A stretch of DNA of 45,662 bases, taken from the NCBI RefSeq assembly GCF_001194135.2, contig NC_069007.1, forward strand, positions 21,261,692-21,307,353. The letters run 5' to 3'. Shown piece by piece: positions 1 through 12,209 of the stretch (positions are counted from its first letter, which is position 1; each line of letters begins with the position of its first letter). The notes under the pieces were generated by a model, which saw nothing but the letters and a program-made list of their open reading frames with translations, had not been told where the DNA came from and made no database searches. The stretch is from Octopus bimaculoides. Lineage: Eukaryota. Position numbers and translations under genes: made by a program.

Positions 1-109
1 GTCAACATCAGCTGAAGGCCATTGCCCTGACAATCTTACCATCTGCTCAGAATACACAAGCTAAATATCTTCAGATACACCTATACAGGCTGCTGCTGCG
101 ATAAGGATG

Positions 110-232
110 TAGTAGTAGTAGTAGTAGTGATGGTGATGGTAGTACTAGTAGTGGTGGTGGCGGCGGTGGTGGTGGTGCTACTTGTAGCTGCAGCAATACC
201 AGTAGCTGACGTTTAGTGCTGTTGTTGTTGTT
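110..232 (+). repeat. Trinucleotide microsatellite tract (GTA/GTG/GTT)n
   Basis: Direct reading. Confidence 0.9.
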
Positions 233-1059
233 TAGCTCCTGGCCAATGCCCTGATAGAAAAAACAGAGGGGTAGACCCCCCCCTGTCTTTTGTCCAAATA
301 AATAACACCTGAGACTATCACATCATCAAATACATCCACCTTCTTGTTTAACCCCAGGATGACAGACCTGGTTGACCAGACCAGACCAGACCAGACCAGA
401 CACATACTCAAAGGTGTTCTCCAAATATGACCATCTCATCTTTCATTCAGCCGCAGTGTACCAAGGACTACATTAGCACACCTGTTCATTTTGTTGTTGT
501 TATTGTTGTTGTAGGCCTAGATTAATCATTGTGCGCCAGTTGTAACTAACCTCTCTTTTCTCTCTTTTTTTCTTTTTTTTTTTAATCACAATGTATCTCG
601 GATTACACTGAACTGTGTCCCGGCCTCCCTTGTAGTTTTGTCTTGGGTCATTACTGATAGAGCAGTAATGACCTCAGACAAAATACACACACACNNNNNN
701 NNNNTTTGGTCGGCCCGAGGCTATAGTAGAAGACACTTGCCCAAAGTGCCACCCGGTGGAACTGAACCCGGGACCATGTGGTTGGTAAGTAAGCTACTTA
801 CCACGCACCCACTCTTGTGCCTATGATCATGAAATGAAAACTATCTCCTTTCATTTTATTAATTATATTTCTTTGTTTTTTAGTTGATATCAAAATATAT
901 TTATTTTTATCACTTCATTCCATGGGGGATACAGAATACATGAACTGGTGGAGTCTCGATGCAGCTGACCATTTTCAATGCCATAATAGAGGGACAGGAA
1001 CAGGTGCCTCGCCGTAGAGGAGATACAGAACTACCCCGGTTTGAAAAGAGAGCGGAAGA

Positions 1060-1250
1060 CAAGACGGGAAGACAAGACGGGGAGACAAGACGGGGAAACA
1101 AGACAGGAAGACAAAATGGGGATATCAGACGGGAAGACAAGATGGAGAGACAAGACAGAAAGACAAGACGGGGAAACAAGACGGGAAGACAAAATGGGGA
1201 GACAAGGAAACAAGACAGGAAAACAAGATGGGGAGACAAGACGGGGAAGA
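1060..1250 (+). repeat. Purine-rich minisatellite, about 13-bp units (AAGACGGGAAGAC-like)
   Basis: Repeated AAGACGGG/AAGACAAGA units. Confidence 0.85.
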
Positions 1251-1415
1251 GAATGAAAAGAGTGTTGTGAAGAGGTGTCAGGGCATGTACCCGACTTACA
1301 GTGAAGTACCGTGATTTCAGTTCAAGATATCCTTACTATCATCGAAGATCATTTCAATGGTTGGCAGGGCAAGGGTGGGGGCAAGATTGAGGGTGGGTCC
1401 ATATTACAACTATTC

Positions 1416-2276
1416 NNNNNNNNNNNNNNNNNNNNNNNNNNNNNNNNNNNNNNNNNNNNNNNNNNNNNNNNNNNNNNNNNNNNNNNNNNNNNNNNNNNNN
1501 NNNNNNNNNNNNNNNNNNNNNNNNNNNNNNNNNNNNNNNNNNNNNNNNNNNNNNNNNNNNNNNNNNNNNNNNNNNNNNNNNNNNNNNNNNNNNNNNNNNN
1601 NNNNNNNNNNNNNNNNNNNNNNNNNNNNNNNNNNNNNNNNNNNNNNNNNNNNNNNNNNNNNNNNNNNNNNNNNNNNNNNNNNNNNNNNNNNNNNNNNNNN
1701 NNNNNNNNNNNNNNNNNNNNNNNNNNNNNNNNNNNNNNNNNNNNNNNNNNNNNNNNNNNNNNNNNNNNNNNNNNNNNNNNNNNNNNNNNNNNNNNNNNNN
1801 NNNNNNNNNNNNNNNNNNNNNNNNNNNNNNNNNNNNNNNNNNNNNNNNNNNNNNNNNNNNNNNNNNNNNNNNNNNNNNNNNNNNNNNNNNNNNNNNNNNN
1901 NNNNNNNNNNNNNNNNNNNNNNNNNNNNNNNNNNNNNNNNNNNNNNNNNNNNNNNNNNNNNNNNNNNNNNNNNNNNNNNNNNNNNNNNNNNNNNNNNNNN
2001 NNNNNNNNNNNNNNNNNNNNNNNNNNNNNNNNNNNNNNNNNNNNNNNNNNNNNNNNNNNNNNNNNNNNNNNNNNNNNNNNNNNNNNNNNNNNNNNNNNNN
2101 NNNNNNNNNNNNNNNNNNNNNNNNNNNNNNNNNNNNNNNNNNNNNNNNNNNNNNNNNNNNNNNNNNNNNNNNNNNNNNNNNNNNNNNNNNNNNNNNNNNN
2201 NNNNNNNNNNNNNNNNNNNNNNNNNNNNNNNNNNNNNNNNNNNNNNNNNNNNNNNNNNNNNNNNNNNNNNNNNNNN
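1416..2276. other. Assembly gap (others: 695-704, 9810-10138, 17186-17764, 22420-23263, 24432-24870, 26884-26966, 43752-44564)
   Basis: Runs of N; all ORF-track entries full of X are gap artefacts. Confidence 0.99.
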
Positions 2277-2559
2277 AGTTTTGTCTTGGGTCATTACTGA
2301 TAGAGCAGTAATGACCTCAGACAAAATACACACACACACACACACACAAACACATACGCACACACAAATACATACACAGACACATATACAGGAAGACACA
2401 TACATACACACACAGATTTTTTAACATCATCTCCTTTGAAGTAGTCCCCTTGCACAGCAATACACCGGTCCCAGCATCCCTGCCATTTTTGGAATCCAAC
2501 CTGGAAGTTCAGGACCTTCTTATGATTCACTCCGGATCTCGACAATTTACAGTGATTGT

Positions 2560-2815
2560 AGGGGCCTGTCCAGGTAGCATGTAAAAAACACCTTTTGAGC
2601 ATGGTCATTGCCAGAACCGCCTGACTGGTCCTCATGCCGGTGGCACGTAAAAGCGCCCACTACGCTCTCGGAGTGGTTGGCGTAAGGAAGGGCATCCAGC
2701 TGTAGAAACTCTGCCAGATCAGATTGGAGCCTGGTGCAGCCTTCTAGCTTGCCAGTCCTCAGTCAAACCGTCCAACCCATGCCAGCATGGAAAGCGGACG
2801 TTAAATGACGATGAA
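2560..2815 (+). mobile_element. RTE 3'-UTR fragment (same family also at about 7150-7520 -, 10140-10350 +, 12595-12735 -, 18230-18530 -, 23590-23920 +, 25440-25660 +, 37490-37710 +, 38340-38645 +)
   Basis: Shares GGAGTGGTTGGCGTTAGGAAGGGCATCCAGCTGTAGAAAC...CAACCCATGCCAGCATGGAAAGCGGACGTTAAA(TGA)n with 4370-4727; boundaries approximate. Confidence 0.8.
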
Positions 2816-3196
2816 TGCTGGACAGCTTATTAACACTTTGCACATTCACATGGACAATGCTGATATAGCCGTGAGAGATCTCTCTCTCTGGTCGACTTAC
2901 CCCTATTATCATGGCCTTGCTGCACCACCACTATATCTGCCACTGATACATTGGTAATTGTGTCTTAAACAAACTACGCTGCTCCTCAGAAAGTCAAACA
3001 TTTCCAGCAACACTGCTGAGATGCCTGTACACTGCCTGCAACGTTATTGATACCAACCAATGTAACCAGTAAGTCACTATTTGTCTTGTTGTTTTCCTTG
3101 CTGTCCACCTTCAGAAAAAGACTCTGTCAGCATCAAATAATTGCATTCAGTTCATTTTTAGTTTCCAAAAACATCAACCTCACCATCTGAATCCCA

Positions 3197-4727
3197 GGTA
3201 GAGGTAGGGGTCCACCAAGGATCAGCCCTCGTCCCCCTCTTATTCATCATAGTCCTCCAGGCAATAACAGAGGAATTCAGGACAGGAGGCTCCTGGAAGC
3301 TCCTCTATGCTGATGACCTTGTTCTAATAGTTGAGTCACTATCAGAACTAGAGGAGAAGTTTCAGATATGGGAGCAAGGTCTAGAATCGAAGGGCCTTAA
3401 AGTCAATCTAGCAAAAACCAAAGTCTTAGTAAATAGGAAAGCAGACAAATCACAAATTCCTTTTGGTAGATGGCCCTCCTTGATTTGTAGAAAAGGCGTA
3501 GGTAGAAACTCTACAAGATGTACCCAGTGCAAGCTATGGACACATAAGAGGTGCAGCAATATCAAAGGAAGGCTAACTGGGGAAAATGGTTTTGGTGTGT
3601 GGCAAATGCTCAGGGGCAATAAACACTGAAAATGTGCAGAAAACAGCTTCTGTCATATGCCAGGGGGTAAAACTGGAAGTAGTTGATAGCTTCTCTTACC
3701 TAGGTAACTAAGTCTGTAGTAGGGTAGGTTGCTCTGAGAGTGTAGCTGCTAGAATAAGAATAGCCTGGGCAAAGTTCAGAGAGCTCCTACCTCTACTGGT
3801 GACAAAAGGCCTCTCATTCAGAGTAAAAAGTAGATTGTATGACACATGTGTGCGAACAACCATGCTACATGGCAGTGAAACATGGGCCATGACTGCTGAG
3901 AACATGTGTAAGCTTGCAAGGAATGAAGCCAGTAATATCCATTGGATGTGTAATGTCAGTGTGCATACACAACAGAGTGTAAGCGCCCTGAGAGAAAAGT
4001 TGGACATAAGAAGCATCAAATGTGGTGTACAAGAGAGACAACTGCGCTGGTATGGTCATGTGTTGCATATAGATGAGGACAGCTGTGTGAAGAAGTGTGA
4101 CACCCTAACAGTAGAGGGAGCCTGTAGAAGAGGGAGACCCAGGAAAACCTGAGATGAGTTGGTGAAGCACAACCTTCAAATGTTGGGCTTCATGGAGATG
4201 ATGAGTGACCGAAACCTTTGGAGATATGCTGTGTTTGAGAAGACCCGGTTAGCCAAGTGAGACCGTAACTGCAGCGTCTGCCATTGTAGCATAACCGGCC
4301 CATTTAAGAGTACCTTTCAATCATTGGGCAATAAACTGTGCTTGAGAAGACCTGTTGAGTCAAGTGAAATCAGTTGTGGTCGACGCCAGTGCCACCTGAC
4401 TGGCTCCTTTGCCGGTGGCACATAAAAAGCACTATTCAAGCGTGGTCGTTGCCTGTACCACCTGACTGGCTCTCATGCTGGTGCCACATAAAAAGCACCA
4501 TTCAAGCGTGGTCGATGCCAGTACCGCCTAACTGGCCCTCGTGCCAGTAGCACATAAAAAGCACCCAGTACACTCTCGGAGTGGTTGGCGTTAGGAAGGG
4601 CATCCAGCTGTAGAAACTTTTCCAAATCAGATTGGAGTCTGGTTTAGCCTTCTGGCTTGTCAGTCCTCAGTCAAACCGTCCAACCCATGCCAGCATGGAA
4701 AGCGGGCGTTAAACGATGATGATGATA
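3197..4727 (+). mobile_element. 5'-truncated, decayed RTE-clade LINE (RT C-terminal half plus 3' UTR with (GAT)n tail)
   Basis: GVHQGSAL...LLYADDLVL (YADD 3306-3317), ...YLG..., MLHGSETW, LRWYGHVL, RGRPRKT; in-frame stops and a frameshift; tandem GTGGCACATAAAAAGCAC 3' UTR units; ends AAACGATGATGATGAT. Confidence 0.9.
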
Positions 4728-6617
4728 ATATATATGTGTGTGTATGTGTCTTAGTGTTTGACTCCTCACTCCTACACATATCGTTTGTAAAAAAACATAA
4801 ATCCGAAAGAAGAAGTACCCCGCCTTCCCCATTTTTAATAAAACAAGTCGTGATGGATAATTAACACTATAAAATTCGGACAATATACATTAAATGGAGC
4901 TGCCTGAAACGGCGGTTATGCGCTAAATACCTCCACATATTTACTTTATATTACCTATTTGCTTTATATATACATTATATAATTATACACACACACATAT
5001 ATTCGTTTGTTCCAGTCTTGTTATGTAGTCAGATAGCAGGTTTATTTCAGTCACGTACTTTTGGCCTCTCTGCTGGAGGTGAATCTTCTTTACAAACAAG
5101 TGAATTTTCTTTGCGAACAAACACAACCAAGCAACACACAAATATAAACACAGCACATTCTCATATTTATAAACAAATAGTCCATTTAAAATAAGGCCAA
5201 TTTACATTTTCTAATTCAAATTTTGTGGATCGATAAAAAAATAAAACACAAGGAAGACCTACGTATATGAATTTTTCATTAGAGATCGGACCATTTTGTC
5301 AAGTAAGTGGTTTTATGTTTGGGTTAAACTGGATGAAACGCGGCGTAATTAAAGTTTAAAACTTTTTCTAAGTATAATTAGTTTCGTAAGTTGTAATTAG
5401 AGGAAAACAGCTGTTGAAATAAATTCAGAATACTCGAATTATAGAAACAGCCTTGAAATTAATTATTCTTTATACAAGAAAGTTTTCAAAAATAAAATTA
5501 TAGCAATCTAATTTTCATTTTAAATTATGTTATCTATATTTACGTAATGTAATATAGTGTAAATTTAGTGTTACGATTAAGTATAATTAAAAGGAACCGT
5601 TTTTCCTACCTCGTTAGTTATTGATACAGTTAATGGCTGTCTGTGGTTAAGGGGCTCGCTTTGCAACCAAGTAGTTCCAGGTTCAATCTCACTGCGCGGT
5701 ATCTTGGACAAGTGTTCTCTACTATAACTCCGGGCCGACCAATGCCTTACGAGTGAACTTAGACGGAAACTGTGAGGCAGCCCCCACATGTTTGTGTTTG
5801 TGACACCCACCCTCTCCTACCGCTTGACAACCGGTGCTGGTTTGTTTACGTCCTCGTTACTTACCAACGAGAGACTCATCATAGAATTAGCGGCAGACTT
5901 AAAAGTACAGGGATAGATTTAGTTCGACCAAAACTTTTCAAAGCGGTACCGCTGCACGACCGAATCTAATAACTGAAACAAGCAAAAGATAAAAAGATAC
6001 CTATATATATTGGTAAAATTTTAATTACATCGCCTTTCCCCATTTTCCAAAATAATCTCACTTTCTCTTCATCTCTCTTACACACACACACACACCGAAA
6101 TCCTGAATGCTTTATAAGACTAACCCGGTTATTACCATTAATTGCCAGATACATTATTATCATTATTATTTTGAACTTGCTCAGGTTCGTTCTTATTCCT
6201 GGTAAGAATTATGTGGACAGCCGGTTACTACCCGTAACCTTAGGTATCCAAAGTTTCCAGCTGTCTTTCAAGTGCTTAGAAACCTCCTGATACCAATTTC
6301 ATTCTTTTTCTTTTGCACTTTTGACTGCGTATCATCATTATTATTATTATTATTATTATTATTACCCTATGTAACCTTCGTCCTGTCTTTGTCCTTACAT
6401 GTTTATGATTGATATTAGCCCTTGTGGCCAATAAAACGAATTAATTATTATTATTATTATTATTTCTAGCTAAGTAAGCTAAACTTGAAATTTTTAGACT
6501 AAAATTTAGCCCCACGTTTTTATTTATTTATTAATGTTTTTCAAACTTTATAGTTAATATCCAACTTCCCAAAGACTCAAACTCGGGGAAAAGTCTTCAG
6601 ATAAACGTCCGAACCAA

Positions 6618-6844
6618 ATGGCCTACAAGCAGAAAGTGGCGGTAATAGGATGTGGTCCGGCAGGTCTATGTATGTTGAAACATCTGATGCGAAGTAACGG
6701 AGACCACGTTCAAAGTTCGGAATATTTTGAAGCTATAGGATTCGAACAACAGAAACGGATAGGTGGAACATGGGTGTACGACGAAAATATCGGCTCTGAA
6801 GAAGAAGGCCGGCCTTGGCAATCTAGCATGTATAAAAACCTTAG
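6618..6844 (+). CDS. FMO: FMO exon 1
   Basis: ATG, MAYKQKVAVIGCGPAG...SSMYKNLR; donor AG|GTGAGG, phase 2. Confidence 0.93.
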
Positions 6845-7698
6845 GTGAGGCGGTCTTTTTTTAATCTTTCCTCTTTTTACTTGTCAACCTTCCTTTCTTT
6901 TCTTTTTTTTTAACGATAACAACCTTTATTTGTGTATATGTGTGTGTCTGTGTGTATATATTCTTTTATTTGTTTCAGGGTTTTTTTTTAGTCGAACAAA
7001 TCGACGCCAGGACTAATTTTGTTTTTAAAGCCTAGTACTTACTCTACCAGTACCTTTTGCCGAACCGTTAAGTTTTGTGGACGTAAACACACCAACACCG
7101 GTTGTCAAGCGGTGATAGGGACAAACACAGACACACACACAGATATATGTCATCGTCGTCGTTTAACGTCCGCTTTCCATGCTAGCATGTGTCGGACGGT
7201 TTGACTGAGGACTGGCAAGCCAGAAGGCTGTACCAGGCTCCATTCTGATCTGGCAAGGTTTCTATGGCTGGATGCCCTTCCTAAATCCAACCACTCCTAA
7301 AGTGTAGTGGGAGCTTTTTACGTGCCACCAGTACGAGGGCCAGTCAGGCGGTTCTGGCATCGACCACACTCAAAAGGTGTTTTTTATGTGCCACCTGCAT
7401 GAGAGCCAATCAGGCGGCACTGGCATCGACCATACTCGATCGGTGCTTTTTATGTGCCACCAGCATGGGAGCCACTCAGACGGTAATGGCATCGGTCACA
7501 ACAATGACTTCAATTGACTCAACAGGTCTTTGCATGCACACACACACACACACACATCACTTTAACTTGGTATTTCTACCTATTAAACGGGCGTGATATC
7601 CCAGTTTTTTTGTGTGATTTTTGCTACCCATGGTAACTACTAACATATTTACATTATCAAAGTTTTTTTAACCGAGATAATATTAATATATACATAAA

Positions 7699-7736
<38 letters not shown>

Positions 7737-7760
7737 AAGAAAAAGTTTAAAAAAGCAAGA

Positions 7761-7805
<45 letters not shown>

Positions 7806-10800
7806 CACACACTATATGCAAGTATATCTACTAAAAATGTACATCTATTACAATCTACATACATTTTTTTAAATTGTCTGTTGTCAATCCAGAACCAACC
7901 TATCGAAACATGTCATGTCATTCCGAAACTTCCCTTATCCAGACAACGCACCATCGTTTCTGCACCACTCCGAAGTTCTGGCTTACCTCGAGGACTTTGC
8001 CAATCATTTTGGACTGCACCAATACATCAAAGTAAGCAACACCAATGTGGACTATCTTACTATCATCATCATCACCATCATCATCGTTAACAGCACAGTG
8101 AACATCACAATCAACATTTTCCACGTTTCTGCTGGAATACACTACTTTTGTTTCAATCAGTTTTGAAAATAAGGAAGAATTTAGTAAAATTACTAACCAT
8201 TTTAATGAAGAATTTAATAAAATAACCTTTGTCATTATTAATTACCATAATTCTGTTGAAAAACACTGCATTTGTTTCAATTAATTTTGAAAATGATGAA
8301 GAATCTAGTAAGATAACTTTGACATTATTAAGCCGGTGGTTGGGAGTAGAGTGCAGTTTGACCCTTTTGATACCAATGTGCCAAGGACTGTCCCTGGTTC
8401 TGGGATACAAACTTCCTATTATAAAGCAATTGAAATTAAAACCTTCCCTCAAAACATCTTCTCAGTTTACTTTCCAAGCATCAGTTTGGAACAAAGTTAT
8501 TTTAATATGGCGACAAAGAGGGTTGAAATGATCTAAGTTAAAACATTTCAAAATTTCACATTAATATATTCCAAACACCAGCTTAATAATTTCAGTTATT
8601 TTATTAAATTCTTCGTTATTGAAATAAAAAGCAGTGTATCTCATTAGAAATCTGGTAACAAAAGGGTTGATAATGAAATTTTGATGGAAGGTGTAAATTT
8701 AGATCACATTAACCCTCTTGTTACCATATTTCTCTTTATGTTAATTGATTTTGAAAATGAAGAATTTTGTAAAATAATTGTCATTATAAAGCTGCAGTTT
8801 GGAACATAAATTATCATAAAATTTGGAAGGTTTTGACTTAAATCTGTTTTAGAAAGGGGTTTATATCATAGGACCAGGTGGGTTGGCATCAAGAGGGTCT
8901 CTGTCAGAATCACCAACATCTTCACTGTCATTGTGGTTGTCAACACCCCATGAAGGATTCTCTTATGAAGTCTTTCACACTACCTGAAATAGCAGCAGCT
9001 AGGCACCCTCAAATTACACTCTACTGTCTTAAAAAAAAAAGAAAAAAAAAAGAGGAGCATATTGGATAAGATGTCACCGACCCTTATTTGTTTCCAAGCA
9101 AGGTAGTATTTCCCATGGCCAGACATGTTCTTACAGAATATTGCAAATGGATGACACTGCTTGTGTGACGGGGACTCTTGTTTACAGCTTTTATATGATG
9201 TCAAGACTAGGAGACAATCAAAGCCTTGTGAGTGGATTTGGTAGAAACTGAATAAAGCCCATCATATGTATGTATGTATATATCTGTGTGTGTGTGTGTG
9301 TGTGTGTGACTATATATATATGTGTGTGTGTGTGTGACTGTATGTATATATCTGTGTGTGTATGACTATGTATATATCTGTGTGTGTGTGTGACTGTATT
9401 TGTCCACTTGGCAGCTGGTGTTGGTGTGTTTGCATCCCTGTAACTTAGTGGTTCAGCAAAAGAAACCGATAGAATAATTACTAGGCTTAAGAAATAAGTC
9501 CTGGGGTCGATTTCTTCAACTAAAACCCTTCAAGGCAGTGCTCCAGCATGGCTGCAGTCAAATGAGGTGACATTTATCCATCGTTTGTCATTTAGTTATA
9601 TATATGTATATATATGTGTGTGTGTGTGTATATATATATATAGATATATATATATTACTGTTCGTCTCTCTATTATTTAACCTATTCCTGCAGTTCCAGA
9701 CTCAGGTAACACTAGTGGAACCATGTTTGGCCAAGAGCTTCCTTCCTAGTCCAGTTAAGTGGAAAGTAACCTACAAGAGGTGCCAAGAGTCTGCAGAAAT
9801 GGAAGCCAANNNNNNNNNNNNNNNNNNNNNNNNNNNNNNNNNNNNNNNNNNNNNNNNNNNNNNNNNNNNNNNNNNNNNNNNNNNNNNNNNNNNNNNNNNN
9901 NNNNNNNNNNNNNNNNNNNNNNNNNNNNNNNNNNNNNNNNNNNNNNNNNNNNNNNNNNNNNNNNNNNNNNNNNNNNNNNNNNNNNNNNNNNNNNNNNNNN
10001 NNNNNNNNNNNNNNNNNNNNNNNNNNNNNNNNNNNNNNNNNNNNNNNNNNNNNNNNNNNNNNNNNNNNNNNNNNNNNNNNNNNNNNNNNNNNNNNNNNNN
10101 NNNNNNNNNNNNNNNNNNNNNNNNNNNNNNNNNNNNNNAAAGTTGTGGCAGATACTGGTGTCATGCAAATGGCACCCGTGCCAGTGGCACATAAAAGCAC
10201 CCATTACACTCTCAGAGTGGTTGGCATTAGGAAGGTCATCCAGCCGTAGAAACCATGCCAGATCAGACTGGAGTCTGGTGCAGCCTTCCAGCCTTGGTCA
10301 AACTGTCCAACCCATGACAACATGGATAACGGAGATTAAATGATGATGATGATGGTATATATATATATATGCATATATACAACAGGCTTCCTTCAGTTTC
10401 CGTCTACCAAGTCTTTGGTTGGCCTGAGGCTATAGTAGAAGACACATGCCCAAGGTGCCACGCAGTGGGACTGATCCCAGGACCATGTGGTTGGGAAGGA
10501 AGCTTCTTATTGTCATCATCATCATCATTTATCATTCGTTTTCCATGCTGGCATGGGTTGGATGGTGTAACAGCATCTGACGTGTCCCAAGGACTGCATC
10601 CATACTCTGGTGATGTTTATTTTCCTTTTTCTTCTCTTTCAGTCACTTTTCTGTGCCGTATTATCCATCATTTATTGGTGAAGAGAAGTTCCAAGGGACA
10701 ATACTCCATAGCCACGATTACCGAAGCCCTGAGCAGTTTTCCGGAAAAATCATTGTGTGTATTGGAGCAAAGAGTTCTGGGATAGACATAGGCATTGAAT

Positions 10801-11560
10801 TGTGCTCTGTTGCCAAGAAGGTAAATATGGTACTTTTGTTCCTTTGGCATCAAAGAAGGAAACCTCGAGCATATGTAGCAACCTTTACGTGGTTGCCAGG
10901 CCTGCTAGAAATAGCAGCCAACATTTGTTTCAAATCATGCCCCTTTTTTCTGCTCCATGAATGGCCCCTAGTGGCTTTGTTGGAACCATGGAGCTTGAGG
11001 GCAATTGTCTTTGAGGAGAATCATTAGAATAGGATCAATAAGGTATCACCAAAGCATAATGAAGTGAAGACCACATGACCTGATGGTTAGGATGACTCGC
11101 TCACAATCATAAGATCATAAGTTCAATTTCCAGACTGGGCAGTTGATTGTTTTCTTGAACAAGACACTTCATTTCATGTTATTACCAGTTCACTCAGTCA
11201 CAAATGAGTTCCAGCAATAGCTGGGAAATTAACCTTGCGATGGACTGGCATCCTATCCCGCTGCACTTCTGGCAAAATTTGAAACCATTATTATTATTAT
11301 TATTATTATTGAGACAGCAAGCTGGCAGAATCGTTAGCACACCAGGCAAAATGCTTAGTGGTATTTTGCCCATTGCTATTTTCTGAGTTCAAATTCCACC
11401 AAGGTCAGCTTTGCTTTTCATCCTTTCAATAAGTACCAGTTACGCACTGAAGTTGATGTAATCTACTTACCCCCCTCCCTGCAAATTTCAGGCCTTCTGC
11501 CTATAATAGAAAGGATTATCATTGTTACTACTATTGTTGTTGTTGTTATTGTTACAATTA

Positions 11561-11601
<41 letters not shown>

Positions 11602-12209
11602 TCCAGGTGTTTTTGAGTCATAGAGGTCACCCTTTAACCAGTGAGCTACCAAAAAATATGATTCAAAAACCAGAGATTCAAGAATTTATTTCTAATTATG
11701 TGGTTTTCGAAAATGGTGACACAGAACACGTAGATGCTGTGGTGCTTTGCACTGGTTACAAATTCAACTTTCCGTTCTTGCACGATAAATGCAATGTGAA
11801 AACCTTACACAACCGGGTGACCCCTCTCTATAAACATCTGGTGCATGCTGACTTTCATAATTTTTTCTTTCTCGGCCTTTGCACACAAGTAGCTCCTTTC
11901 CCAATGCTTGACATGCAAGCTGCTTTTTGCAAAGCTGTTCTTCAGGGCCAAGTGAGTTTACCGAGCGCTGGCGAGATGATACGAGACGCCAATGAAGATT
12001 TTGAGGAAAGATTGAAATCTGGTATGGCCAAACACCATGCGCATATGATGGGTTTACGACAGTGGGAATATAACGATGAGCTTGCGGATATGTGTAATGT
12101 TCCTCGTTTGCCAGTCCAGATAATGAACACTTATAAATATGTGGAACAAAAACGAAAGATGTACCCCATGACATATAAATACATGTCAGTGAGTTATGAA
12201 GCCCAATAG
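6618..12209 (+). CDS. FMO: Flavin-containing monooxygenase, 5 coding exons (6618-6844, 7893-8031, 9694->9809 running into gap, 10643-10820, 11607-12209)
   Basis: FAD motif GCGPAG, GGTW, SSMYKNLRTN, FMO signature FQGTILHSHDY (FxGxxxHxxxY), NADPH motif GAKSSG, DAVVLCTGY. GT/AG junctions with matching phases. Confidence 0.95.
7700..7812. repeat. (AT)n and (AC)n microsatellites
   Basis: Direct reading. Confidence 0.9.
7893..8031 (+). CDS. FMO: FMO exon 2
   Basis: Acceptor CCAG|A; TNLSKHVMSFRNFPY...LHQYIK; donor AAA|GTAAGC, phase 0. Confidence 0.93.
9280..9396. repeat. Compound (TG)n/(TA)n microsatellite
   Basis: Direct reading. Confidence 0.9.
9694..9809 (+). CDS. FMO: FMO exon 3 (3' end lost in gap 9810-10138)
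   Basis: Acceptor TGCAG|; FQTQVTLVEP...KWKVTYKRCQESAEMEA then Ns; must end in phase 2 to join exon 4. Confidence 0.85.
10643..10820 (+). CDS. FMO: FMO exon 4
   Basis: Pyrimidine tract + AG; HFSVPYYP...FQGTILHSHDY...GAKSSG...VAKK; donor AAG|GTAAAT. Confidence 0.93.
11607..12209 (+). CDS. FMO: FMO exon 5 (terminal)
   Basis: Acceptor TTCCAG|; VFLSHRG...DAVVLCTGY...; stop TAG. Confidence 0.93.
   Translation: MFLSHRGHPLTSELPKNMIQKPEIQEFISNYVVFENGDTEHVDAVVLCTGYKFNFPFLHDKCNVKTLHNRVTPLYKHLVHADFHNFFFLGLCTQVAPFPMLDMQAAFCKAVLQGQVSLPSAGEMIRDANEDFEERLKSGMAKHHAHMMGLRQWEYNDELADMCNVPRLPVQIMNTYKYVEQKRKMYPMTYKYMSVSYEAQ

Noticed and set aside
34-85. Possible small minus-strand exon with a GTAAG donor
   Set aside because: Weak acceptor, no recognisable peptide, no partner exons in the window.
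910-1270. ORFs with repetitive RQDGET or SRLVS peptides
   Set aside because: Translations of a minisatellite.
1296-1345. Hammerhead-like UCGAUGAU...GAAAU...GUA on the minus strand
   Set aside because: Core mismatches, and helix I does not pair; at most a heavily decayed relic.
1311-2424. Long ORFs spanning N-runs (also 9604-10343, 17136-17834, 22334-23312, 24390-24977, 43621-44658)
   Set aside because: They are open only because of Ns. Only the FMO exon 3 and WRN exon 24 parts are real.
4370-4570. Regularly spaced GTGGCACATAAAAAGCAC repeats resembling a CRISPR array (also 7320-7470, 29570-29690, 37520-37590)
   Set aside because: They are degenerate tandem units of an RTE 3' UTR; the spacers are similar to each other, there are no cas genes, and the context is eukaryotic.
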